A stretch of 18,727 nucleotides of DNA from a virus (taxonomy: Duplodnaviria; Heunggongvirae; Uroviricota; Caudoviricetes). The stretch is taken from the IMG/VR virus record IMGVR_UViG_2802429219_000002. The stretch is one strand, 5' to 3'. Position 1 is the stretch's first letter. Every line of letters begins with the position of its first letter. The notes below the pieces were generated by a model. It did no database searches and was not told the DNA's origin. It saw only the letters and a list, made by a program, of their open reading frames with translations. Shown one piece after another: positions 1-7,593 of this stretch. Both the position numbers and the translations under genes were made by a program.

Positions 1-90
1 ATCGAGCATTACAATGAAAACCATCCGCATAGTGCGTTGGGTTATCGCTCTCCGCGAGAATATCGACGTCAGCGGGTAATGTTAACTTAA
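1..90 (+). CDS. IS3-family (rve/DDE integrase-core) transposase, 3' fragment; only the last 29 codons plus stop are inside the window
   Basis: Frame 1 reads IEHYNENHPHSALGYRSPREYRRQRVMLT then TAA at 88-90. The YN-x-x-R/H-P-HS-x-LGY-x-S/T-P-x-EY tail is the conserved C-terminus of IS3-family OrfB transposases (recalled, not searched). The IS family member and its terminal inverted repeat cannot be assigned by eye. Confidence 0.6.
   Translation: MEHYNENHPHSALGYRSPREYRRQRVMLT
1..90 (+). mobile_element. Remnant of an insertion sequence (IS3 family) ending just upstream of trkG; true right end not determinable
   Basis: Inferred only from the transposase 3' fragment above; the element boundary downstream of 90 is not defined. 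Confidence 0.4.
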
Positions 91-254
91 GATACAACCC
101 CTGTCTGGAAATAAGGGGGCAAGAACAAAGGTGCTCAGCAATACATAACCGAACAGTGTTTAAAGTAAAATCTTAACTACAATATGATTCATTTTGATGA
201 TTGTTTCATAAGGAACAGTGAAGTAAGATCTAAGATGAGTTAAATTTTATACAG

Positions 255-289
255 TATAATCATAATGTTGCAGCAAGGTGGTTATAATT
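255..289 (+). promoter_or_regulatory. Putative sigma70 -10 elements and Shine-Dalgarno region upstream of trkG
   Basis: Two perfect TATAAT hexamers (255-260 and 284-289) and AAGGTGG (275-281) in an AT-rich leader. No convincing -35 at canonical spacing, so the promoter call is weak. Confidence 0.25.
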
Positions 290-305
290 GAAAGAATATT
301 TAGAT

Positions 306-1763
306 ATGAATACATCTCATGTAAGAGTTGTTACTCATATGTGTGGGTTCCTGGTTTGGCTCTATAGTCTTTCAATGTTGCCACCAATGGTTGTAGCATT
401 GTTTTATAAAGAAAAAAGCCTGTTCGTTTTCTTTATAACTTTCGTTATATTTTTTTGCATTGGTGGCGGAGCGTGGTATACAACTAAGAAATCTGGTATT
501 CAATTACGTACCCGTGATGGGTTTATTATAATTGTAATGTTTTGGATTTTGTTTTCTGTTATTAGTGCATTCCCTTTATGGATTGACTCAGAACTTAATT
601 TAACGTTTATTGATGCTCTATTTGAAGGGGTTTCTGGAATAACAACAACAGGAGCAACTGTAATTGATGATGTTAGTTCATTACCTCGGGCATATTTGTA
701 CTATCGGTCACAGTTAAATTTTATAGGTGGCTTAGGAGTTATTGTTCTGGCGGTTGCTGTATTGCCATTATTGGGTATTGGTGGTGCAAAGCTTTATCAG
801 TCAGAAATGCCAGGGCCATTTAAGGATGACAAACTTACTCCCCGCCTGGCCGATACGTCACGGACACTTTGGATAACTTATTCTTTATTAGGTATTGCTT
901 GTATTGTCTGTTATAGACTTGCAGGAATGCCTTTGTTTGATGCTATTTGTCACGGGATATCCACAGTTTCGCTTGGTGGTTTCTCAACTCATAGCGAGAG
1001 TATCGGATATTTTAATAACTATTTGGTTGAGCTGGTGGCTGGTTCTTTTTCCCTGCTATCGGCTTTCAACTTCACCCTTTGGTATATTGTTATTAGCAGG
1101 AAAACGTTAAAACCTTTAATCAGAGATATTGAACTTCGTTTCTTTCTGTTAATAGCCTTAGGGGTGATCATTGTTACCTCTTTCCAGGTCTGGCATATAG
1201 GTATGTATGACTTGCCTGGAAGTTTTATTCATTCGTTTTTTCTTGCCAGCTCCATGCTCACTGATAATGGTTTAGCTACGCAGGATTATGCAAACTGGCC
1301 CACGCACACGATAGTGTTTTTGCTGTTGTCAAGTTTCTTTGGGGGATGTATAGGTTCAACTTGTGGTGGAATTAAGTCACTTCGATTTCTTATACTTTTC
1401 AAACAAAGCAAACACGAGATAAACCAGCTTTCTCATCCCAGAGCGTTGTTGAGTGTAAATGTAGGAGGGAAGATAGTTACAGATCGTGTAATGAGGTCTG
1501 TATGGAGTTTCTTTTTTCTTTATACTCTCTTCACGGTGTTTTTTATACTGGTGTTAAATGGTATGGGATATGATTTTCTTACATCATTTGCAACAGTGGC
1601 TGCATGTATTAATAATATGGGATTAGGTTTTGGGGCTACTGCATCGTCATTCGGAGTGCTTAATGACATTGCAAAATATTTAATGTGCATAGCTATGATT
1701 CTTGGCCGCCTTGAAATTTATCCTGTTATTATATTGTTTTCAGGTTTTTTTTGGCGCTCCTAA
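306..1763 (+). CDS. trkG: Trk-system K+ uptake membrane protein TrkG (TrkH/KtrB superfamily)
   Basis: 485-aa polytopic membrane protein starting MNTSHVRVVTHMCGFLVWLYSL..., with repeated glycine-rich selectivity-filter-like segments (GITTTGATV, GGLGVIV, SLGGFSTHS, NMGLGFGA). Matches E. coli TrkG from memory, the Rac-prophage paralogue of trkH. The ORF track starts at TTG 288 (AAGGTGG lies 6 nt upstream); ATG 306 gives the recalled 485-aa length. Markedly AT-rich compared with the flanking phage genes. Confidence 0.9.
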   Translation: MNTSHVRVVTHMCGFLVWLYSLSMLPPMVVALFYKEKSLFVFFITFVIFFCIGGGAWYTTKKSGIQLRTRDGFIIIVMFWILFSVISAFPLWIDSELNLTFIDALFEGVSGITTTGATVIDDVSSLPRAYLYYRSQLNFIGGLGVIVLAVAVLPLLGIGGAKLYQSEMPGPFKDDKLTPRLADTSRTLWITYSLLGIACIVCYRLAGMPLFDAICHGISTVSLGGFSTHSESIGYFNNYLVELVAGSFSLLSAFNFTLWYIVISRKTLKPLIRDIELRFFLLIALGVIIVTSFQVWHIGMYDLPGSFIHSFFLASSMLTDNGLATQDYANWPTHTIVFLLLSSFFGGCIGSTCGGIKSLRFLILFKQSKHEINQLSHPRALLSVNVGGKIVTDRVMRSVWSFFFLYTLFTVFFILVLNGMGYDFLTSFATVAACINNMGLGFGATASSFGVLNDIAKYLMCIAMILGRLEIYPVIILFSGFFWRS

Positions 1764-1900
1764 TATATGGCTGATTTATAATTGTGAGTTTAATATTATA
1801 TTGACTCACTCATTGATCCAATACCTAACTTTACCAGCAACACCTCCGCCCCCAGTAGCACTGGCTGCTGGGGTGCGTTTTATTCATAAAGCAAGGCTGT

Positions 1901-2692
1901 ATGAGCGAGAAATTGAAGATCGTCTATCGCCCTTTACAAGAACTGTCTCCGTATGCACACAACGCCAGGACACACAGCCCTGAGCAGGTGGCACAACTGG
2001 TAGAAAGCATTAAGCAATTCGGCTGGACTAATCCGGTGCTGATTGATGAAAAGGGCGAAATTATTGCTGGTCACGGTCGCGTTATGGCGGCTGAAGTGCT
2101 CAAAATGGATTCCATTCCGGTCATCGTTCTGTCTGGTTTGATGGATGATCAGAAAAAGGCGTACCGCCTGGCAGATAATCGCCTGCCGATGAATGCTGGC
2201 TGGGATGAAGATCTGTTACGGATGGAGCTGTCGGACCTAATCAATGCTGATTTTGATGTCTCCCTGACAGGCTTCAGCCCGACAGAAATTGATGAACTGT
2301 TGACGGATGTTTTGCCCGGTACAGGAAATGAGGAGGAGCCGTATACGACGAAAATTGATACGCCTGTTTATGAGCCGTCGGGCGGTAAACCGGATATCAG
2401 TGAACTGTACGACGATACGAAAACACAGGAGCTGATCAGCCGGATACGTTCGGCGTCCCTTGAGCCTGATATTGAGAAATTCCTCCTGTGTGCGGCAGAA
2501 CGTCACACGGTGTTTAATTTCAGCAGAATTGCGGACTATTACGCTCACGCCCCCGCTGAAATTCAGTGTTTTTTCGAGGAGTCGGCGCTGGTGATCATTG
2601 ATTATCAGCAGGCTATTGAAAATGGATTTGTCCGGATGACGCAGCGCATGGTGGAGATCATGCATGGTGGTGAGGAGGAGGAATATGCGTGA
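1901..2692 (+). CDS. ParB-like nuclease domain (ParB N-terminal/sulfiredoxin fold) protein with uncharacterised C-terminal region
   Basis: 263-aa ORF. The N-terminus carries the ParB signature: SPYAHNARTHSPEQVAQLVESIKQFGWTNPVLIDEKGEIIAGHGRVMAAEVLKMDSIPVIVL (box II-like IIAGHGR, IPVIV strand). The C-terminus ends in an acidic tail, GGEEEEYA. Sits where I recall ynaK in K-12 Rac (unverified). Confidence 0.8.
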   Translation: MSEKLKIVYRPLQELSPYAHNARTHSPEQVAQLVESIKQFGWTNPVLIDEKGEIIAGHGRVMAAEVLKMDSIPVIVLSGLMDDQKKAYRLADNRLPMNAGWDEDLLRMELSDLINADFDVSLTGFSPTEIDELLTDVLPGTGNEEEPYTTKIDTPVYEPSGGKPDISELYDDTKTQELISRIRSASLEPDIEKFLLCAAERHTVFNFSRIADYYAHAPAEIQCFFEESALVIIDYQQAIENGFVRMTQRMVEIMHGGEEEEYA

Positions 2693-3617
2693 TGATTTTT
2701 GCGCCTTTATTCTGACTCACGGGCGACCGGACAAAGTTCTGACTTACCGGACGTTGCGTCGTGCTGGCTATACCGGGAAAATTTTTATCGTTGTTGATGA
2801 TGAAGATAAGACACGGCATCAGTACATGGCTGAATTTGGTGAACAGGTGCTGGTGTTTTCCAAAGCCGATATCGCCAGTCGTTTTGACGAAGCCGATAAT
2901 TTCGGTGACCGCCGCTCAATTTTTTACGCCCGTAATGCCTGTTTCGACCTGGCAAAACTGGTCGGGTGTAAATACTTCATTCAGCTCGATGATGATTATC
3001 ACGAGTTCCAGTTTCGGGTGGATCGCAACTATGACCAGGCCTATTTTCCGATAAGGAAACTGGATGCGATCCTTTCTGAAATGCTGGCGTACTACGAATC
3101 AATACCTGCTCTTTCCATCGCTATGTCGCAGGGCGGGGATTTTCTTGGTGACAATGGCGGCCATGCTTCGTGGGTGAAACGCAAGGCAATGAACAGCTTT
3201 ATCTGTTCGGTTGATCGACCGTTCTCATTCATGGGGCGCATTAACGAGGATGTGAATACGTACACGAATCTCGGTCGCTGTGGTGAATTGTTTATGACGA
3301 TCGGTGCTGTCCAGTTAGGGCAGAAACAGACGCAGAAAAACAGCGGCGGAATGACCGAGCTGTATCTGGATTCCGGAACCTACGTTAAAAGTTTTTACTC
3401 CGTCATGTATGCGCCGTCGTGCGTAAAAATCTCACTGATGGGTGCCAGCCATAAACGCATTCACCATCAGGTCACCAGGAACAACGCTGCAGTAAAAATC
3501 CTTCACGAAAAATACAGGAAGAAGACACCCTGCATATCAATAGGGGTGACAAATGATTCCGTATTCGAAAGTCGAGTCTCTGGCAGCGTGCCGGATGACT
3601 GCACAACAAATCGCTGA
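2685..3617 (+). CDS. Hypothetical protein; possible GT-A-like nucleotide-sugar transferase fold (two DxD-like acidic motifs); function unknown
   Basis: Start ATG 2685 is preferred over the track's 2664 because GAGGAGGAGG (2672-2681) sits 4-6 nt upstream. Its start overlaps the ParB-like gene stop by 8 nt (ATGCGTGA), suggesting translational coupling. Hydrophobic strand + acidic motifs FILTHGRP, KIFIVVDDEDK and YFIQLDDDYHEF resemble a GT-A/Rossmann-like arrangement; this is a guess by eye only. Confidence 0.65.
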   Translation: MRDDFCAFILTHGRPDKVLTYRTLRRAGYTGKIFIVVDDEDKTRHQYMAEFGEQVLVFSKADIASRFDEADNFGDRRSIFYARNACFDLAKLVGCKYFIQLDDDYHEFQFRVDRNYDQAYFPIRKLDAILSEMLAYYESIPALSIAMSQGGDFLGDNGGHASWVKRKAMNSFICSVDRPFSFMGRINEDVNTYTNLGRCGELFMTIGAVQLGQKQTQKNSGGMTELYLDSGTYVKSFYSVMYAPSCVKISLMGASHKRIHHQVTRNNAAVKILHEKYRKKTPCISIGVTNDSVFESRVSGSVPDDCTTNR

Positions 3618-3804
3618 CGTTCTGGATGTTGATCTGAACCGACTGAAAGAAAATCGGGAAGCAATGACAGATTTTTATGCGGCCATCCGTAAGGGCAGAG
3701 CGAAAGGTGAAGCCGAGTTACGAGCGGCATTGTTTAAGCTTGCCAGAAAAGGGGATGCCTTTGCTCTGCGCGAACTACTCAGGGTGGATAAAAATCAGGA
3801 CTAA
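3553..3804 (+). CDS. Small (83 aa) HTH-like protein of unknown function immediately upstream of the small terminase gene
   Basis: SD-like AGGGGTGA 3542-3549 then ATG 3553. Overlaps the 3' end of the previous CDS by 65 nt in another frame. Helix-turn-helix-like segment MTAQQIADVLDVDLNRLKEN followed by a basic helix. Stop TAA 3802-3804 lies 3 nt before the terS ATG. Confidence 0.5.
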   Translation: MIPYSKVESLAACRMTAQQIADVLDVDLNRLKENREAMTDFYAAIRKGRAKGEAELRAALFKLARKGDAFALRELLRVDKNQD

Positions 3805-3807
3805 CTG

Positions 3808-4902
3808 ATGAGCAGACCGGACTGGGGGGCGTTGCAGCAGGAGTATATTGCTGAATACACCCGCTCCGGTATATCTCCGGTGGCATGGTGTGAAGCAAGG
3901 GGACTGAATTACGCAACAGCCCGTCGTTACATCAAAAAACCTCCGAAAAATGCGCAGACAGAAATGCGCAAAACTGCGCAAAAAAGTGCGCAGAAAAAAT
4001 CTGCGCAGACTGCACAAAAGCGGAACGAAAAATCTCAGGAAAAAAAGCCAGTATTCGATGCGGGCCTGAATGAGGGCGACGCGGAGGAATTTTCGTTCTG
4101 TCCCGATGAATTCGGCATTTCTGACCAGCAGGCTAAGTTTGCGATGCTTGTTGCTCAGGGGAAAAAGCCGACAGAGGCGTACCGACTAGCCGGTTATGAG
4201 GGGCAAGGTGCGACAGCTAACAGCAACGCCAGTCGTATGCTTAGAAATGCCAGGGTTTTTCGCGCTATCAGCTACTTCCGCAATCAGTACCAGAAACGCT
4301 ATACCGCAGACCTGGATTTACTGGTGAGTCAGTTGATGGCCATTGTCCTGGCCGACCCCAATCAGCTTGCACAATTTCGCCGTGTTAACTGCCGTTATTG
4401 CTGGGGCGAGAATCATCTCTACCAGTGGCGCGATATAGCAGAATTCGACAAGGCAGCGGCGCAGGCTTCCAGAGATGGCAAACCCGAACCGGAATATGGA
4501 GGCCTCGGCTTTGTTGATAACGCCATACCCAATCCGGACTGCCCGAAGTGCTGCGGTGAGGGAACGGGACAGCTTTATATGGCTGATACCACTCTGCTTG
4601 ATGGGGATGCGCGGCAATTATATGCAGGGGCAAAACTCGGAAAATTCGGCGTTGAGATCCTGCTGGAGGATAAGGCTGCCGCCCGGCGTGAATTGTTGCG
4701 TTTGCTTTCTGCTGGCGGGGCTTTATGTGCAGATAAGCGGCTACAGGAACTGGAAATTGAACGACGCAGAATGGAAAACCAGAAGCTGCGCAAAGAGATC
4801 GAAACGGTGGAAGATAATGAACATCCCCAGCCTGTGGCGATCAATATTAATGTGGTTGATGCCAGAGTAAGGAGTGATGAAGATGATCTCTCCGACGCTT
4901 AA
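3808..4902 (+). CDS. Terminase small subunit (Terminase_2-like) with N-terminal HTH, lysine-rich repeat linker and Cys4 zinc-ribbon-like cluster
   Basis: N-terminal HTH (ISPVAWCEARGLNYATARRYI), Terminase_2-like segment (KPTEAYRLAGYEGQGATANSNASRMLRNARVFRAI), cysteines CRYC ... CPKCC, coiled-coil C-terminus. Lies directly upstream of and overlapping the large terminase gene. Unusually long (364 aa) for a TerS. Confidence 0.7.
   Translation: MSRPDWGALQQEYIAEYTRSGISPVAWCEARGLNYATARRYIKKPPKNAQTEMRKTAQKSAQKKSAQTAQKRNEKSQEKKPVFDAGLNEGDAEEFSFCPDEFGISDQQAKFAMLVAQGKKPTEAYRLAGYEGQGATANSNASRMLRNARVFRAISYFRNQYQKRYTADLDLLVSQLMAIVLADPNQLAQFRRVNCRYCWGENHLYQWRDIAEFDKAAAQASRDGKPEPEYGGLGFVDNAIPNPDCPKCCGEGTGQLYMADTTLLDGDARQLYAGAKLGKFGVEILLEDKAAARRELLRLLSAGGALCADKRLQELEIERRRMENQKLRKEIETVEDNEHPQPVAININVVDARVRSDEDDLSDA
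3951..4016 (+). repeat. Array of five TGCGCA palindromic hexamers (plus one TGCACA variant) separated by A-tracts, inside the terS coding region; candidate pac/terminase recognition site
   Basis: TGCGCA at 3951, 3965, 3975, 3987 and 4002; TGCACA at 4011. Start-to-start spacings are 14, 10, 12, 15 and 9 bp, each hexamer flanked by A3-A6 runs. The same DNA encodes the peptide repeat KNAQTEMRKTAQKSAQKKSAQTAQKR. Confidence 0.6.
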
Positions 4903-6184
4903 TGTGCCTCAGGCGCGATTTCTTTCAATGCCCCATAAATTTAAAGCCTATATTGCTGGTTTTGGCTCGGGCAAAACATGGGTTGGGTGTGGCGGCATAT
5001 GCAAGGGGATTTGGGAGCATCCAGGTATAAATCAGGGATATTTTGCGCCAACGTATCCCCAAATTCGCGATATTTTTTACCCTACAGTGGAAGAAGTTGC
5101 TGCTGACTGGGGATTGAACGTAAAAATTAATGAGGGAAATAAAGAGGTTCACTTTTATTACGGACGCCAGTATCGGGGAACCACTATCTGCAGATCGATG
5201 GAGAAGCCACAAACGATCGTCGGTTTCAAAATTGGTAATGCGCTGGTGGATGAACTGGACATTTTGCCGAAGGAAAAAGCCAGAACGGCGTGGCGCAAGA
5301 TAATTGCGCGTATGCGTTATAAGATTGATGGACTTCGCAACGGTATTGACGTTACAACCACGCCGGAAGGATTCAAATTTGTCTACGAGCAGTTTGTTAA
5401 AGCCGTGCGTGAAAAAACAGAGCTGGCCTCACTGTATGGTCTGGTGCAGGCATCTACTTTCGATAATGAAAAGAACCTGCCAGCAGATTACATTCCTTCG
5501 CTTCTTGAATCATACCCTCCAGAGCTGATTAAAGCCTATCTTCGAGGACAGTTTACTAACCTGACAAGTGGTACTGTTTACCATCAGTTTGACCGGAAAC
5601 TGAATAATTGCGAAGAAGTGGAGCAGCCAGGGGAGCCGATTTATATTGGGATGGATTTTAACGTTGGAAAGATGGCGGGGATCGTCCATGTGCTGCGTTT
5701 GGGGCTTCCATGTGCGGTAACTGAAATCATCAATGCCTACGATACGCCGGATATGATCCGCATCATTAAAGAACGCTTCTGGCTGTATGACGGGAATGAT
5801 TACCGGAAAGTGAGGGAGATTTATATTTATCCAGATGCTTCCGGAGATTCCAGAAAATCAAGTAACGCAAGTACGACGGATATAGCCCAGCTTAAGCAGG
5901 CTGGTTTTAACGTTGTGGTGAACAGCTCGAACCCGCCAGTAAAAGATCGCGTTAACTCAATGAATGCAATGTTCTGCAATGCCAATGGTGAGCGTCGCTA
6001 TAAAGTTAATGTGAAGCGTTGTCCGGTATATGCCGAATCTCTGGAGCAACAGGTCTGGGATGATAAGGGGGAGCCTGATAAAAAATCTGGCAATGATCAC
6101 CCGAATGATGCCGGAGGTTATTTCATCGTTAAGCAATTCCCTATTGTCAAACCGACCGGAAGAGTCACATCACTTCGGATTTAA
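4883..6184 (+). CDS. Terminase large subunit (ATPase/nuclease)
   Basis: Walker A-like GFGSGKT near the N-terminus, ~434 aa, positioned between TerS and portal. Start is ambiguous (GTG 4874, ATG 4877, ATG 4883); AAGGAG at 4869-4874 favours ATG 4883. Overlaps the terS 3' end. Confidence 0.85.
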   Translation: MISPTLNVPQARFLSMPHKFKAYIAGFGSGKTWVGCGGICKGIWEHPGINQGYFAPTYPQIRDIFYPTVEEVAADWGLNVKINEGNKEVHFYYGRQYRGTTICRSMEKPQTIVGFKIGNALVDELDILPKEKARTAWRKIIARMRYKIDGLRNGIDVTTTPEGFKFVYEQFVKAVREKTELASLYGLVQASTFDNEKNLPADYIPSLLESYPPELIKAYLRGQFTNLTSGTVYHQFDRKLNNCEEVEQPGEPIYIGMDFNVGKMAGIVHVLRLGLPCAVTEIINAYDTPDMIRIIKERFWLYDGNDYRKVREIYIYPDASGDSRKSSNASTTDIAQLKQAGFNVVVNSSNPPVKDRVNSMNAMFCNANGERRYKVNVKRCPVYAESLEQQVWDDKGEPDKKSGNDHPNDAGGYFIVKQFPIVKPTGRVTSLRI

Positions 6185-6186
6185 TT

Positions 6187-7593
6187 ATGGCTGATATATC
6201 AACACCCAACCTCGACTATAACGATATGCTGGAGGCGTGGGATATTAACGACGCATTGATGGGCGGTACGCTTGAAATGCGCAGGCAGGGGGAAAATTAT
6301 CTCCCCAAATGGCCTAATGAAGATGAAGACGCTTATAAAAAACGCCTGTCTGTGGCTACGCTACTTCCTGTGTATGAAGAAAGCATCAAACAAAATATTG
6401 GGCGCATATTTGCAGAGCCGACAGTATTGAGTGAGGAAACGCCGGAAAAAATCAGGGAATATGCAGAAAATATCGACATGGAGGGGAGCCGACTGGATGT
6501 GTGGGCGCAGCAATTTTTCAGTCTCGCATTTCAGTATGGTGTGGCACATGCGCTGGTGGACTATCCACGAACGGATATGAAAGAGATTCGGACAAAAGCC
6601 GATGAAAACGCGGCCGGTGGTCGCCCGTACGTTACGATGCTGAATCCACGCCAGGTTATTGGATGGAAATCGAAAGTTGAAAAAGGGAAAGTTGTTCTCA
6701 CTGATTTGCGTATAAAAGAGGTCATCATTATTGATGGTGATGATTTCGGGCAGAAGAAGGTGGAGCAGATCCGCCATATTATGCCCCGTCGAGTAGAAAT
6801 TTATCGACGCAGCGAAGGTACTAATGGCGAATCTGTCTGGATGCTTCATGAGTCATGGAATACCAGCCGTGATGATATTCCTCTGGTAACACTGTATACG
6901 AAGAAAACAGGGTTTATGCGTGGTACACCGCCATTGCTTAATCTTGGCTTGCTGAATATCAAGCACTGGCAAAGCCAGAGCGAGCAGGACAATATTCTTC
7001 ATGTTGCCCGCGTTCCATTGCTGGTGGCCTACGGGCTGGACAGGAATGAAGAACTGACGGTTGGTGCATCCACCGCTACGATTTTTGAGGACAGAACAAA
7101 AAATGGCCTCGAATATGTTGAACATAGTGGCGCAGCGATAGAATCTGGCGAAACATCACTTGAGAAGCTGGAAAATCAGATGCGTCATGCCGGTGCTAAA
7201 CTTCTGCGGGCTGAAAATACATCCACCAAATCTGTTGATCAGACTAATGAAGAGCGGATGCAGGAACACTCGCCGCTTTATACAATGGCGAACTCCCTCG
7301 AAGATGCCCTCGATAATATTCTCCAGATAATGGCGGAATGGAGCGGAGAGAGTTGCGGTGGCAATGTGGATGTGCGCACTGAACTGGATGTATCTGCCCA
7401 GGTGTTTGACTCATCCTCCGCGCTGGCTGTTCAGTCATTGCGTCAGGGCGGTGATATACGTCAGATTGATGCGGTTCGGGTGTTGCAGGCGTTGAAATTT
7501 ATCGATCAGGATTCCCGTCCAGAGGAAGTGATCGATGAATTAAAAAATCAGAGTGTAATGCTGATGGAAATCAATGATGCAAACCGTGAATGA
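6187..7593 (+). CDS. Portal protein
   Basis: 468-aa ORF starting 3 nt after the TerL stop and followed by an F-like head morphogenesis gene; size and position are typical of a pac-phage portal. Confidence 0.8.
   Translation: MADISTPNLDYNDMLEAWDINDALMGGTLEMRRQGENYLPKWPNEDEDAYKKRLSVATLLPVYEESIKQNIGRIFAEPTVLSEETPEKIREYAENIDMEGSRLDVWAQQFFSLAFQYGVAHALVDYPRTDMKEIRTKADENAAGGRPYVTMLNPRQVIGWKSKVEKGKVVLTDLRIKEVIIIDGDDFGQKKVEQIRHIMPRRVEIYRRSEGTNGESVWMLHESWNTSRDDIPLVTLYTKKTGFMRGTPPLLNLGLLNIKHWQSQSEQDNILHVARVPLLVAYGLDRNEELTVGASTATIFEDRTKNGLEYVEHSGAAIESGETSLEKLENQMRHAGAKLLRAENTSTKSVDQTNEERMQEHSPLYTMANSLEDALDNILQIMAEWSGESCGGNVDVRTELDVSAQVFDSSSALAVQSLRQGGDIRQIDAVRVLQALKFIDQDSRPEEVIDELKNQSVMLMEINDANRE

Noticed and set aside
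895-1110. 71-aa + strand ORF within trkG in an alternative frame
   Set aside because: Out-of-frame overlap of a confidently assigned membrane-protein gene; no RBS.
1784-1809. Inverted repeat GTGAGT-N14-ACTCAC with a TTGACT hexamer in the trkG to ParB-like spacer
   Set aside because: Only a 6-bp stem with an AT-rich 14-nt loop and no T-run; could be an operator or promoter element but support is too thin to call.
1702-1983. 93-aa ORF spanning the trkG 3' end, the intergenic spacer and the ParB-like gene start
   Set aside because: Overlaps two better-supported genes in different frames; no RBS; proline-rich run arises from reading the spacer.
2237-2665. 142-aa minus-strand ORF inside the ParB-like gene; similar minus-strand ORFs at 3503-3730, 4318-4633, 6361-6849, 7895-8313, 8406-8698, 9247-9609, 10260-10622, 12648-12899, 14986-15333 and 16040-16327
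   Set aside because: All are fully nested antisense to well-supported + strand genes, lack Shine-Dalgarno sequences and have low-complexity or atypical translations; judged shadow ORFs.
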